49,631 bases of DNA from Eubacteriales bacterium (GTDB lineage Bacteria > Bacillota > Clostridia > Oscillospirales > CAG-382): positions 1-49,631 of the forward strand of contig JAZOCZ010000122.1 of NCBI GenBank assembly GCA_045596755.1. Reading direction: 5' to 3'. Below, piece after piece: positions 27,112 through 37,872 of the stretch. Below the pieces are notes generated by a model. That model made no database searches and had not been told where the DNA came from. It worked only from the letters and a program-made list of their open reading frames with translations. The translations under genes and the position numbers were made by a program. Each line of letters begins with the position of its first letter. Position 1 is the stretch's first letter.

Positions 27112-27708
27112 ATGAAAAAACTTATTACCCTTTTGCTCGCAGTAGTTATCCTTTCTGCTATGGTTCTTCCTGCATCCGCAGCAACGGAAGAAGAACTTTT
27201 GGCAGAATTCAAAAAAATTCCCATCAGCAGATACGTTTGGACAGAAGCTCAGAACCTTGCAGCTAACTATGATGCTACAGAAGAACAGATGGAAGTTCTT
27301 CTTGAGCTCTTGAAAAATGCTCAAGAAGCTTTCCCCGAAGATAAAGGTCCTGGTTATGCAGCTCCCGACAATGCTGATGAAGATTACTTCGGAACAGAAA
27401 AATATCCTTACACAGAAGAACAGCTCGACGCTTTGATGGGTATCATCGCAGAAGGCTGTGACACAGTAGGATTTACTTACGAATTCATCAACTCCGAAAA
27501 CCCCAAACATAAAGGCGACGTTGTTCTCGTTATCTACGATACCGAAGGCAAAATCGCATTTATGTACGACGGTGATATTATCAAGAAGCTCGGTGAACTC
27601 GACAAAGAAAACTCTTCCGTTCCTTACTTGGTAGGCGGCATCTCTCTCCTCGTTCTCGCAGGAGTTGCTGTAGCTGCTGTTAAATTCAAGAAAAAAGAAC
27701 AGGCATAA
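27112..27708 (+). CDS. Small exported acidic protein with a C-terminal TM helix and Lys-rich tail
   Basis: Strong RBS AAGGAG. Signal peptide MKKLITLLLAVVILSAMVLPASA. C-terminus VPYLVGGISLLVLAGVAVAAVKFKKKEQA. No family was recognised. Confidence 0.6.
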   Translation: MKKLITLLLAVVILSAMVLPASAATEEELLAEFKKIPISRYVWTEAQNLAANYDATEEQMEVLLELLKNAQEAFPEDKGPGYAAPDNADEDYFGTEKYPYTEEQLDALMGIIAEGCDTVGFTYEFINSENPKHKGDVVLVIYDTEGKIAFMYDGDIIKKLGELDKENSSVPYLVGGISLLVLAGVAVAAVKFKKKEQA

Positions 27709-27882
27709 GATAAACCGAATTTGTCTTATTCCGAAAAACTTGAATCAAACGCAGACAATACGTCAAAACAAATAAAACGATTCAAAAATTAAAATAATTT
27801 GATAAGACGAGTGGTGCGTTCCTTGTGGTTTATCCGTGAGGAACGCATTATTGATAATAGCGATAACACTGAGGAATAACAT

Positions 27883-28773
27883 ATGAAAGAAAACAAAACT
27901 TTAACAAACGCAGAAACGAATGCTGATATATCCGAAGAAAACAAAAAAATTGTTTCCGACGATACATCAAACGGTCGATCCGAAAATGGGAACGTCAAAA
28001 CTGATAAGTCAACCAACAGGGAAAATGACGAATCAAACAGCAAATTCTGGGGAAGCATGGGCTTTTTCGGACTTTCCGTTGTGCCTTTCCTTCTTTTTTG
28101 CATAGGAATTGCCCTTATATCTGTTTTTCTGTTTAAAGAATACGTTGAAAAAACAAACCTTTGGCGTTTCGTTGTAAATACAAACGCCGTTGAAACCCCC
28201 GATAATGACGGAGATTTTTCGGGAGAATACATAGGTGGTTCAATGGAAGATCTTTCCCTTGAAGAAGTTTCAAAACCCGACAACATGGAAGATGTATCGG
28301 GCGAAACGGCGGAACAGATATATTACGACAACAAGGATTTTCCAGGCTACAAATGGGGCGAACTTTGGGCAAAACTTTCAATTCCCGCAATCGGGCTTGA
28401 AAACAAAAAGGTTTACGTTGGTGAATCCAACGCCATTTACAAAAAAGGTATCGGTAAACGTTTCGGAACAAGATTTCCTGGTCAGGGTGGAAACATCGTT
28501 TTAGGAGCACACGTTACACGTGAATTTTACGATTTGCAGGAACTTGTGGTCGGAGATAAAGTTTATTTAAAAACCGAATACGGTGACTACGTTTACGAGG
28601 TTTACGAAACGGTTATTTTCTCCATAGATGATTACCATTACGTTATGAACTACGACGAGGGTGAAAAGCTAACCCTCTACACCTGCCATCCAAGAGGTTC
28701 GGCATATAGAACGGAACGTTTTGGGGTTTTGTGCAAAAAGATATCAGGTCCTGAATGGATAAACGTAAATTAA
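27883..28773 (+). CDS. Sortase-family transpeptidase (membrane-anchored; class not assignable by eye)
   Basis: The catalytic triad context is present: GNIVLGAHV (His), TLYTCHP (TLxTC Cys) and RTERFGV (Arg). There is an N-terminal TM segment. Confidence 0.85.
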   Translation: MKENKTLTNAETNADISEENKKIVSDDTSNGRSENGNVKTDKSTNRENDESNSKFWGSMGFFGLSVVPFLLFCIGIALISVFLFKEYVEKTNLWRFVVNTNAVETPDNDGDFSGEYIGGSMEDLSLEEVSKPDNMEDVSGETAEQIYYDNKDFPGYKWGELWAKLSIPAIGLENKKVYVGESNAIYKKGIGKRFGTRFPGQGGNIVLGAHVTREFYDLQELVVGDKVYLKTEYGDYVYEVYETVIFSIDDYHYVMNYDEGEKLTLYTCHPRGSAYRTERFGVLCKKISGPEWINVN

Positions 28774-28789
28774 AGGAAGGAGAAGCCAT

Positions 28790-29686
28790 ATGAAAAAAAG
28801 TACAAAAACGGTTATTACCTACGTATGCGGCTTTTTCTTCTGCCTTTGCTTTATAATCGGAATGTTTTCCATGTTTTTATACTCAACTGCACTCTCCCCC
28901 GACAAATACATGGAAAGAATCGATGAGGAAGAATACGAAAAAGCCGTTCTTTCTAAACTTTATGACAGTATAGAAGATATGGGTGACGTTATAACGATTT
29001 CCGAAGATGATATATACGCCCTCGTTGATAAAAAAGGCGTTGTAAGATATTCAAAATCCTATGCAGAGGCTTATATAACGTCACTTCTTAACGGAGAATC
29101 CTTTTCTTCGTCAAGCGTTGCGGATTACAGTATTGAATATATGAGACAGTCCCTCAAGGAACTCGTCGAAGAATTCTACAAAACCAGCGAAGAATCCTTT
29201 TCCGAAGAAGAATTCAGCATAATATTTGACTACGTCGAAACACAGATAAACGGCGCTTTGGAATTTCTTCCTCCAAACATATTGCAAAAAACTAACGGAA
29301 TCGCAAAACACGTTATTACGGCTAAAAAACTCCTTTCTATCCTCAGATTCGCTCTTATTCCCGCATTTTTACTACTTGCTGTCGTTATAATTTTCAACTT
29401 CAAGGACAAAGGAAAACTTTTTTACAGAGCGGGAAGTTCATTGTTCATTCCTTCCGCAATCCTGTTCATACCAACGGCTCTTTTTGACGGCTACAATCTG
29501 GGAGGAAAAGTTGTTTTAGCCAAATCCCCTCTCTCCATTATCTTTTCTTCCGTTGTTGATACAGTAGTAAAGGGATTTAAAACAGAAACGTTGATATTCT
29601 TCATCCTTTCCACAGTTATGATAATTATTGGAGCGTTACTCAACTCTTTCCGTAAAGATACAACAAATTCGGAGACTTTAAAATGA
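28790..29686 (+). CDS. Polytopic membrane protein of unknown function
   Basis: One N-terminal TM helix, an acidic extracytoplasmic domain, then 3-4 C-terminal TM helices. Its stop overlaps the ispE start (ATGA). Confidence 0.55.
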   Translation: MKKSTKTVITYVCGFFFCLCFIIGMFSMFLYSTALSPDKYMERIDEEEYEKAVLSKLYDSIEDMGDVITISEDDIYALVDKKGVVRYSKSYAEAYITSLLNGESFSSSSVADYSIEYMRQSLKELVEEFYKTSEESFSEEEFSIIFDYVETQINGALEFLPPNILQKTNGIAKHVITAKKLLSILRFALIPAFLLLAVVIIFNFKDKGKLFYRAGSSLFIPSAILFIPTALFDGYNLGGKVVLAKSPLSIIFSSVVDTVVKGFKTETLIFFILSTVMIIIGALLNSFRKDTTNSETLK

Positions 29687-30561
29687 CCGTTACAGAAAAA
29701 GCATTTGCGAAAATAAATCTCTCTCTTGATATCGTCAGCAGGAAAACAAACGGATATCACAATCTGGAAAGCGTTATGCATACGATTCCGCTTTTTGATA
29801 CGGTTACCATAACAAAAAATGAAAAAATATCCGTCACCTGCTCAAACCCTGCCGTACCTTCCGACAGTTCCAATCTGGCTTACAAAGCGGCAGTAAAGTT
29901 TTTCGAAAGAACGAAAATAGAAAGCGGGATTTCCATTCATATTGAAAAAAGAATCCCTATGGCGGCTGGCATGGCTGGGGGAAGCGCAGACTGTGCCGCA
30001 ACTTTGAGAGGACTCAACAGACTTTACGATTTTCCCCTTGAAACAAAAGACCTTGAAGAAATAGGCAGGTCTCTCGGAGCAGACGTTCCCTTCTGCATAA
30101 GATGCGGAACCCTTGGTGTTACGGGAATCGGACATAACTTTTTTCCCGTGGCAACGCCACCCGATTTTATATACGTTATCGCTTGCGGAAGCGAGGGTAT
30201 CTCTACTCCTGCCATGTACAGAGAATATGACGAGAGATACAACCCACCAATTTGTGACGAACCTAAACTTTTTTTCACTCAGAAAAGCGAAAAATTGAGA
30301 ATCGCTTTAGAAAAAGGAGAAAAAGAGGAGATTTTTTCTTCCATGTTCAACTGTTTTGAAGAAATTGCAGAAGAACAAAGACCCGAAATCAGAAAAATCA
30401 AAGCAATAATGAAGGAAAACGGTGCGGTTTTCTCAATGATGAGCGGTTCAGGGCCATCTGTTTTCGGAATATTTGAAAGCGAAGAAAGAGCAGCCGAAGC
30501 ACAAGGCAAAATAGCGGAAACGGGCATTTTTGCCACAGTTGTTTCAAAGAATACCAACTGA
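29683..30561 (+). CDS. ispE: 4-(cytidine 5'-diphospho)-2-C-methyl-D-erythritol kinase
   Basis: AKINLSLDI at the N-terminus and the GHMP kinase motif IPMAAGMAGGSADCAA. Confidence 0.93.
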   Translation: MTVTEKAFAKINLSLDIVSRKTNGYHNLESVMHTIPLFDTVTITKNEKISVTCSNPAVPSDSSNLAYKAAVKFFERTKIESGISIHIEKRIPMAAGMAGGSADCAATLRGLNRLYDFPLETKDLEEIGRSLGADVPFCIRCGTLGVTGIGHNFFPVATPPDFIYVIACGSEGISTPAMYREYDERYNPPICDEPKLFFTQKSEKLRIALEKGEKEEIFSSMFNCFEEIAEEQRPEIRKIKAIMKENGAVFSMMSGSGPSVFGIFESEERAAEAQGKIAETGIFATVVSKNTN

Positions 30562-30698
30562 AAAAACGCAAAACAATCCAAAATTCCAAACGAAGCAACA
30601 ATAAAACAAAGCAGAATCGCCAAAAATAATAAAAACGAATAAACGTAAAATCTGCCGTCAATACTCAAAATACAAATTCAAAAAAGGAGTATCTGACC

Positions 30699-31301
30699 GT
30701 GAAACTGAAACGTTTTTTCAATTCAAAGAAAATTTCATTTTGTGCTTTACTTATTGCAACGCTTTTTTTAACGTTGGACCTTTTCCCATTTGAAGAAAGA
30801 AAGGTTTACACAGACCTTATAAGACTTCATATTTTGGCAAATTCAAACACAGACGAAGACATAGCCTTAAAATACGTCGTGAGAGATGAAATACTTAAAG
30901 AAAGCGAAAGCATCTTCTCCATTTACGAAGATTCAGCCGAAGCAAAGGCGAACATGGAAAAGACGGGAGAAAAAATTGAAAGCGTTGCAAACCGTGTACT
31001 TTCGGAGCATGGGAAAAACTATAAAGCTAAAGCCGTTTGGGGAAAGGAAACATATCCCGAAAGGGAATACGATGGTATTTCACTTCCAGCGGGAGAATAT
31101 TATTCCCTCAGAATCCTTTTGGGAGAAGGCGAAGGTGAAAATTGGTGGTGCGTTCTTTTCCCGCCTTTATGCCTTGGTGCTTCAAAAGCAAAGGAATCCT
31201 TCGAAGACGTAGGAATTGAAGGCGATTCATTCAAAACCTTTACAGAGGACACCGTTAAATACAAATTCAAATTCAAACTTTTAGAATGGATTTTCGGTTG
31301 A
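30699..31301 (+). CDS. spoIIR: Stage II sporulation protein R
   Basis: LIRLHILANSNTDEDIALKYVVRDEIL and GEGENWWCVLFPPLC are hallmark SpoIIR motifs. GTG start after AAGGAG. Confidence 0.9.
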   Translation: MKLKRFFNSKKISFCALLIATLFLTLDLFPFEERKVYTDLIRLHILANSNTDEDIALKYVVRDEILKESESIFSIYEDSAEAKANMEKTGEKIESVANRVLSEHGKNYKAKAVWGKETYPEREYDGISLPAGEYYSLRILLGEGEGENWWCVLFPPLCLGASKAKESFEDVGIEGDSFKTFTEDTVKYKFKFKLLEWIFG

Positions 31302-31369
31302 TTATTTCCATTTCAATTTGATATTTTTCGGTTTATTAAAGACAAATATTAAATTCAGGATATATAAAA

Positions 31370-34300
31370 ATGATTTACAGAATCATCGGACGAAGCGGAA
31401 GCGGTAAAACCTCATATTTACTTGAAGCAGTAAAAGATGCTCATGAATCGGGTAAGGAATCGATTATTCTCACCCCCGAACAGCAAAGCATCGATACGGA
31501 AAATGCCCTTTCTTCCCTTTTAGGAAGCGGGTACAACTTAACTACGGAAATTCTCAACTTTGAACGTCTCCCTGACAGAGTTTTCAGAGAACACGGGGGA
31601 GTTACCCTCTCCCGTGCTGACAGTAAAACCTTATCCCTTTTTACTGCCATTGCATGCGAAAACGCCAAGGAAAAACTTACCGTTTACGAAAATTCTGCTC
31701 TTGACAAGGATTTTTCCAAAAGAGCATCTTCATCCATAAACCGTATGGAAAACGTTGGGGTTTCACCCGCCAAGTTAGTAAGCGTAGCCTCGTTGATAGA
31801 CGCTGAAAACAGCGTGTTCCGTGAAAAACTTTACGATATGGGCGAGATATATTTTGAATATACCAACCTCTTGAATAAAGGCTACGCAGATAGCGCAGGC
31901 GTTCAGAAAAAACTTCACGAAAAACTTCTGGAAAAAAACTTTTTTGAAGGTAAAACCGTCTTTATTGACGGATATTATAATTTCACCCCTGCGGAACTTC
32001 CCATCGTCGAGATGATTTTCAAAGGGGCGGATGACGTTTACATAACCGTTTTGTATGATAAAAATGACAAAAGCGGTATTTTTGACGTAAACTTTGACAC
32101 CCTCGCACTGACAGAAAGAATGGGAAAAGGGGTTATGGATATTTATCCCACGTCCCCTCGTGCCCGCACGAATGAGCTGTCCTTCCTTGAAAAAAATCTT
32201 TTTTCAGACAGAACAGAAACGTTTTCAGAAAAGTGTGAAAACGTTTCCGTTTACTCATGCCAAAACGCATTTGAAGAAAGTGAATTTGTCTCCAAAGAAA
32301 TCATAAAGCTAATAAACAAGGGGTACAGATACAAGGATATTTTTATAGCAACAAGAGATGAAAACCAGTTTGACGGTATATTGGACACAGCCCTTAATCG
32401 CTACGGAATTCCATTTTATTCAGCGGACAAGGAAGAACTATCCTCAAAAGAACTTCCCTCTCTTGTTCTTTCCCTTTTGGAAATTGCTTACACGGATTGG
32501 TCGTTGCCCTCTGTTCTTAAATATATAAATTCAACCTTTTCGCCCCTCACGAGCAAAGAGGCTGATCTTCTTTCCATTTATGCGGAAGTCTGGAGAATCA
32601 GAGGAAAACGTTGGTATGACGGTGAAGAATGGCTCATGAACCCGTCAGGTTACAAAACCAACCTTTCGGGCAGGGAAAAAGATATGCTTTCCACGGTGAA
32701 CCAAGCCAGAGAAAAGCTCTTGTTCGCCTTGGAAGCACAGGTTTCGGAATTGAAAAGCCGTAATCTTACGGTAGCAAAAGGCGTTCGTGCAATTTACAAC
32801 CATCTTATACATATAAAGGCAGATGAAGCCTTGGAAAAACGAGCAATCTCCCTTTTGGAAGAAGGATTTGCAGACGAAAAGAGCAAAATATCTGCTCTTT
32901 GGGATAGTATTATGTCCATCCTAAATACCCTTTATGAAACCGCAGGGGACAGAAAAGCCACCCCGAAACGCCTTTTAGACCTTATCCGTCTTATGATGGA
33001 CGAATACAAAGTTGGCTCAATCCCCGCATATTCCGATAGCGTTGAAATAGGAAACGCATCCATTATGCGTCCTTCAAGTTGTAAGGTTATGTTCGTTCTG
33101 GGCATGAATGACGGTACGTTCCCCGCGTCTCCCGAATCATCGGGGCTTTTCTCCGACAGAGAAAAGGAATTTTTGAAATCCGCAGGAATAAACTCCGAAG
33201 TTTTACCCGATGAATTTATCAAAAACGAATTTCTTATTTTCTACAATCTTTGTGCCGCTCCAACTGATAAGTTATATCTGACATATTCAAAATCAAGTCT
33301 TTCAGGCGGTGTAAAACGCCCTTCCATGTTCATTGATGCAGTTACAAAACTTTTTGATTGCAATTTGGAGCAAAAATACAAATCAAAGAAAACGAAGCCT
33401 TCAACAAACAATTTTTCACTTTGCAAATTTGATACGTTTTCTGAGGAAGTATTGATTCCACCCGTATCCCCCGACTTTTTGTATCTTTCCGCTTCGAAAA
33501 TTGAACAATATCTGAAATGTCCCTTTTCATATTATTGCAAATATATACTTTCCTTGGAGAAGTACGACAAAGCCGTACTCACCCCTCTCGATGCGGGAAC
33601 GTACGTTCATAAAATCGTTGAACTTTTCACAAAATCTCTTTTTGAAACAGGAGAATTCAAAGGAAAAACCGAGGATGAAATAAAAGAGTTTTTTTCCTCC
33701 GCAAAGGAAAAGTATGCAGATAACGTTTTCCACGGTAAAATAAGCGAAAGAGAAAAATATTCCTTCAATAAGCATGAGGCTTTGATTCTGCCCTTACTTC
33801 AGAATATAAACGATGAATTTGCATCGGGTGGATTTATGCCGAAAGCCTTTGAACAAAAAATAGAAAACCAATACTCCATAACCGATAAAACCCACGCAAA
33901 AATTTCGGGATACGCTGACCGTATTGACGTTTTGGAAAAGGACGGAGTAAAATACGTCCGCATAGTGGATTATAAAACGGGTAAAATGTCAATCACCCCC
34001 GCAGACGTGAAAGAAGGATTCAAAATGCAGATGCCTCTGTACCTTTTCTCACATCTGGAAAAAGACGAACGCCCAGGCGGATTCATGTATTTCCTATGCG
34101 GATTGCCTTCGGGAAATGACTTGCCTTTTCAAAGAAAAGGCATGATGTTGAATGATGAAAACATCAAAGAAGGTATAAAATTTCTTACGGACAACAAACA
34201 CTTTTCGAACAAAAGTTTTTACGCCGAAGACATTTTCGAGGAAATGAAAACAGACGTTGAAGAAAACATCCGCAAGGTAGGAAAAGACATAATAGACGGG

Positions 34301-34396
34301 AAAATGAATATTTCTCCCAACGCAAAGAAAGACCCTTGTAAATATTGTAATGCAAGACTTTATTGCAGAAAAAAACTTGAAAAGGGGGCAAACTGA
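31370..34396 (+). CDS. addB: ATP-dependent helicase/deoxyribonuclease subunit B (AddB/RexB)
   Basis: N-terminal Walker A (GRSGSGKT). The C-terminal PD-(D/E)XK nuclease carries Cys ligands (CPFSYYC ... CKYCNARLYC). It is directly coupled to addA. Confidence 0.92.
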   Translation: MIYRIIGRSGSGKTSYLLEAVKDAHESGKESIILTPEQQSIDTENALSSLLGSGYNLTTEILNFERLPDRVFREHGGVTLSRADSKTLSLFTAIACENAKEKLTVYENSALDKDFSKRASSSINRMENVGVSPAKLVSVASLIDAENSVFREKLYDMGEIYFEYTNLLNKGYADSAGVQKKLHEKLLEKNFFEGKTVFIDGYYNFTPAELPIVEMIFKGADDVYITVLYDKNDKSGIFDVNFDTLALTERMGKGVMDIYPTSPRARTNELSFLEKNLFSDRTETFSEKCENVSVYSCQNAFEESEFVSKEIIKLINKGYRYKDIFIATRDENQFDGILDTALNRYGIPFYSADKEELSSKELPSLVLSLLEIAYTDWSLPSVLKYINSTFSPLTSKEADLLSIYAEVWRIRGKRWYDGEEWLMNPSGYKTNLSGREKDMLSTVNQAREKLLFALEAQVSELKSRNLTVAKGVRAIYNHLIHIKADEALEKRAISLLEEGFADEKSKISALWDSIMSILNTLYETAGDRKATPKRLLDLIRLMMDEYKVGSIPAYSDSVEIGNASIMRPSSCKVMFVLGMNDGTFPASPESSGLFSDREKEFLKSAGINSEVLPDEFIKNEFLIFYNLCAAPTDKLYLTYSKSSLSGGVKRPSMFIDAVTKLFDCNLEQKYKSKKTKPSTNNFSLCKFDTFSEEVLIPPVSPDFLYLSASKIEQYLKCPFSYYCKYILSLEKYDKAVLTPLDAGTYVHKIVELFTKSLFETGEFKGKTEDEIKEFFSSAKEKYADNVFHGKISEREKYSFNKHEALILPLLQNINDEFASGGFMPKAFEQKIENQYSITDKTHAKISGYADRIDVLEKDGVKYVRIVDYKTGKMSITPADVKEGFKMQMPLYLFSHLEKDERPGGFMYFLCGLPSGNDLPFQRKGMMLNDENIKEGIKFLTDNKHFSNKSFYAEDIFEEMKTDVEENIRKVGKDIIDGKMNISPNAKKDPCKYCNARLYCRKKLEKGAN

Positions 34397-37300
34397 TGAG
34401 TGACAATAAAAAAACTGTAAGTTGGACCCCTTCACAAAATGATGCTATTTACGAAAGCGGAAAACAACTTCTCGTTGCCGCAGGTGCGGGAAGCGGTAAA
34501 ACATCCGTTCTCACAGAACGTATTCTTCAGAAAATACTTTCAGGAGCAGACGTTTTGGAATTTTTAGTAGTAACATTCACCGTCGAATCTGCCGAAGACA
34601 TGAAGGAAAAATTGAGACGGAAACTTTCCAAAGCATTGGCGTCGAACCCCGAAAACAAACATCTGTCAAATCAGATAGCAAAACTTCCCTTTGCAAATAT
34701 AAGCACCATAAATGCCTTTTGTCTTAAACTTGTAAAGCAGAATTTTTCCGCTCTCTCCCTTCCTTCATCTGTAAGAATAGCTGACGAATCGGAAGCATCG
34801 GAACTTTTCGAGGAAGCACTTGATTTGCTTATTGATGAAAAATTTTCGAAAAAAGACGTGGATTTCTATTCTGTTCTTGAAAAAACCGCTTGCCGCGGAA
34901 GTGATTTTTTACTTTCCCAATACCTGACGGAGATATATGGCAAGTTGAGAGCACACCCACGTTATGTGGATGAAGCAAAAAAACTGCAAGAACGTTTTTC
35001 AAAAATTGCGGATGAATGTAATTCCGCAGAAGAACTCTGGACCACTCCCGCTGGAAAACTTATTATTGATGCATCAAAAATCATATGTAAGGGTTTTGAA
35101 TACGAACTTTCCGCATTGACGGACATTTCTGACAGCATAGGTGACGTTTTAAAACAACAAACGGACATTTTTGTAAACCACATAAAAAGCGGAATAGTAA
35201 ACGTAAAAAAACAAAGTTTCTTAAAAGCCGCTGAGGATTTCAGCGACGCCGACAAATTCTATACAGACGGCTGGAAAGGCAAACCCTTAAAGTTGCTTGA
35301 ATCGGATGAAAAAGCCATATTCAATGAATTGAGAGGCTCCATCAGAGCAAAAGCTAAAAAAGCATCGGAATTTTTCTGTTCCTTGGAGCATCACGCACTT
35401 TCACATCTTAAAATGTGCGCTGAAATCGGAAAAGCGTTGACGAATCTCGTCATTGATTTAGATAGTATCTTCACCCGTCTGAAACTTGAAAAAGGCGTCA
35501 TTGACTTTACAGATTCGGAACAACTCGCCCACAGACTTCTGATAAACGAAGACGGAACACAAACGGATTTATGCAAATCTATCGCCGCTTCCACTGCGGA
35601 AGTTCTCGTCGACGAATATCAGGACACAAATCCATTGCAGGATTCCATTTTTGCCGCTATCGCGACCAAAGACAACAGATTCATGGTAGGCGACGACAAG
35701 CAAAGTATTTACCGTTTCAGAAACGCTTATCCCGACATATTCAACGCATATAAAAAAGCCTTCCACACGGAAAAGGCTTCCTGCATTTTACTCAGAGAAA
35801 ACTTCCGTTGTTCTGAGGAAATAATAAATTTCACAAACGAAATTTTCAATTATATCTGGGGCGATACATACAAAGACGAATGTCTTATTTTCAAGAAGAA
35901 TGAAGAAGCCCCAAAACGTGACGTTACGGTAAAAACCTTTTTCTCCAAACATTCAAAAAAGCCTTCATCAATTATTGAATCAAGATATATCGGTGAGGAA
36001 ATCAAAAAATTGATGAAATCATTCGTCAAGAACGACGGAAATCCGCTGGAATATTCCGATATCGCAATAATACTTCCCGCAACGAAGGATGTAGGAGATA
36101 TATTTTCCGAGGAATTGAGGAAAATGGGAATACCTTCCACGTCAAAAAAGAAAGGATTCCTTACGGAAGCCCCCGAAATAAAACTTGTTATCTCAATTCT
36201 CAAAGCTATAAATAACCCTGAAGAAGACGTATCTCTCGCTTCTGCCATGAACAGCTTTTTCTTCGGCTTTTCAGCCGAGGAGATGGCAAAAATCAGAAGT
36301 TTCAAGGATTCGTCCCTCTTTGGCGGAGTTATCAAATGTAGCCAAAAAGAAACTACTTTTAAGCATTTCAAACTCGTATCAAAGAAAAAACTCCAAAAAT
36401 CTCCTTCAATAAAGCGTCATTTTCCCAAAAGCACGGACGTTTCTTTGAGAAACAAATGTAAATCATTCGTTTCGCGAATTGAGCGTTTGAGATACAAGGG
36501 AAAAACCTTGGAATGTAAACAACTCATATGGGAACTTTACGAAAACGAGGGTATACTATCTTACGTGGAATCTCTTCATGAAGGAAATATCAAAAAGGGC
36601 AACCTTCTTTTGCTTTACAGCGAAGCAATAGCCTTCGGAAAACGTGAATTCAAAACCCTTTCCGCTTTTTTGAAGCATGTTGAGAAACTTGATATTCAGA
36701 CCTATTCCCCCGAATCGAACTCTGCCGTTTCAATAATGACCATTCACGGCTCAAAGGGTTTGGAATTTCCCGTCTGCTTTCTGGCTAACGCAGGAAAAAG
36801 TCTGTCAAAAAACGCCCATTTTGGACCAAAACCCCCGTTGATTGATATGAAAACGGGCATATTCACTCCTTTGAAAGAAAACGACGTCAACACCTTCGAC
36901 CCCGTTTTCTACAAAGCCATAGAAATTCTTGACAAACCTGCAGAACTTGCTGAAGACAAGAGAAAACTTTACGTAGCCCTTACACGTGCAAGGGAAAAAC
37001 TTTACGTGGTGGGTTCAGCGGATGATAAATATAATCTGACACATTCGTCACCTGACGAACCTTCAAGTTATTTAAGTTGGATTCTTACCGTTCATCCCGA
37101 AGCCGAATATATTGATGAAATTCCCGACGAATCAACACTTGATGCGAAATACGAGGAAACGGTTTACGTCGAACAGGAAGAAGAAATTTTTGAGGAAGAA
37201 GAAAAACCACGTTATACGTCCTCCAACCTTCCAAGAAAACTTTCCGTTTCCGAGTTGAAAGAAAAATCGGGAAGTGAATACGAACAAACCGTGAAAAAGA

Positions 37301-37872
37301 GCGATTTCCTTACCGTACCGCCCTTTATTGCCCAATCAAATCAGGTATCAGGGGCAGAAATCGGAACGGCAAACCATACTTTTATGCAGTTTGCATCTTT
37401 TGAAAACTGTATAAAATTCGGTGTGGAATACGAAGGCGAAAGGCTTTTGCTTACGGATATGATAACTTCCGAGCAATACGGTATGCTCAATTTCAAGAAC
37501 CTGAAAGCGTTTTTCGCAAGTCCGCTTTTTGAAAGAATATCAAAAGCAAAAAAAGTGTACAGAGAAAAGCGATTTACCGTTGCCGATAACTCAAAAAACC
37601 TTTTCGGAAGCGGAGACGAAACCGTCCTTATACAAGGCGTAATCGACCTTTTCTTTGAAAACGAAGATGGAACGTATACCGTGGTTGATTACAAAACAGA
37701 CCGTATAAAGAATGGCGAAGAACAACTTTTATGCGACAGATATAAACCCCAGATAGCCTATTATGCAAAGGCGGTATCTGAAATGACAGGAAGGAAAATA
37801 AAGGAATGTATCCTTTATTCCTTCCATCTCTCAAAATCCATAACCGTTGATTTTAAATGGAGCAATTTATGA
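34396..37872 (+). CDS. addA: ATP-dependent helicase/nuclease subunit A (AddA)
   Basis: UvrD/Rep motifs (AGAGSGKT, VDEYQDTN, MTIHGSKGLEF, LYVALTRA) and a C-terminal RecB-type nuclease (GVIDLFF...VVDYKTD). Confidence 0.95.
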   Translation: MSDNKKTVSWTPSQNDAIYESGKQLLVAAGAGSGKTSVLTERILQKILSGADVLEFLVVTFTVESAEDMKEKLRRKLSKALASNPENKHLSNQIAKLPFANISTINAFCLKLVKQNFSALSLPSSVRIADESEASELFEEALDLLIDEKFSKKDVDFYSVLEKTACRGSDFLLSQYLTEIYGKLRAHPRYVDEAKKLQERFSKIADECNSAEELWTTPAGKLIIDASKIICKGFEYELSALTDISDSIGDVLKQQTDIFVNHIKSGIVNVKKQSFLKAAEDFSDADKFYTDGWKGKPLKLLESDEKAIFNELRGSIRAKAKKASEFFCSLEHHALSHLKMCAEIGKALTNLVIDLDSIFTRLKLEKGVIDFTDSEQLAHRLLINEDGTQTDLCKSIAASTAEVLVDEYQDTNPLQDSIFAAIATKDNRFMVGDDKQSIYRFRNAYPDIFNAYKKAFHTEKASCILLRENFRCSEEIINFTNEIFNYIWGDTYKDECLIFKKNEEAPKRDVTVKTFFSKHSKKPSSIIESRYIGEEIKKLMKSFVKNDGNPLEYSDIAIILPATKDVGDIFSEELRKMGIPSTSKKKGFLTEAPEIKLVISILKAINNPEEDVSLASAMNSFFFGFSAEEMAKIRSFKDSSLFGGVIKCSQKETTFKHFKLVSKKKLQKSPSIKRHFPKSTDVSLRNKCKSFVSRIERLRYKGKTLECKQLIWELYENEGILSYVESLHEGNIKKGNLLLLYSEAIAFGKREFKTLSAFLKHVEKLDIQTYSPESNSAVSIMTIHGSKGLEFPVCFLANAGKSLSKNAHFGPKPPLIDMKTGIFTPLKENDVNTFDPVFYKAIEILDKPAELAEDKRKLYVALTRAREKLYVVGSADDKYNLTHSSPDEPSSYLSWILTVHPEAEYIDEIPDESTLDAKYEETVYVEQEEEIFEEEEKPRYTSSNLPRKLSVSELKEKSGSEYEQTVKKSDFLTVPPFIAQSNQVSGAEIGTANHTFMQFASFENCIKFGVEYEGERLLLTDMITSEQYGMLNFKNLKAFFASPLFERISKAKKVYREKRFTVADNSKNLFGSGDETVLIQGVIDLFFENEDGTYTVVDYKTDRIKNGEEQLLCDRYKPQIAYYAKAVSEMTGRKIKECILYSFHLSKSITVDFKWSNL

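Noticed and set aside
30562-30698. Sigma-F promoter upstream of spoIIR
   Set aside because: spoIIR is sigma-F dependent in Bacillus, but I could not identify a convincing -35/-10 pair by eye in this A-rich spacer.
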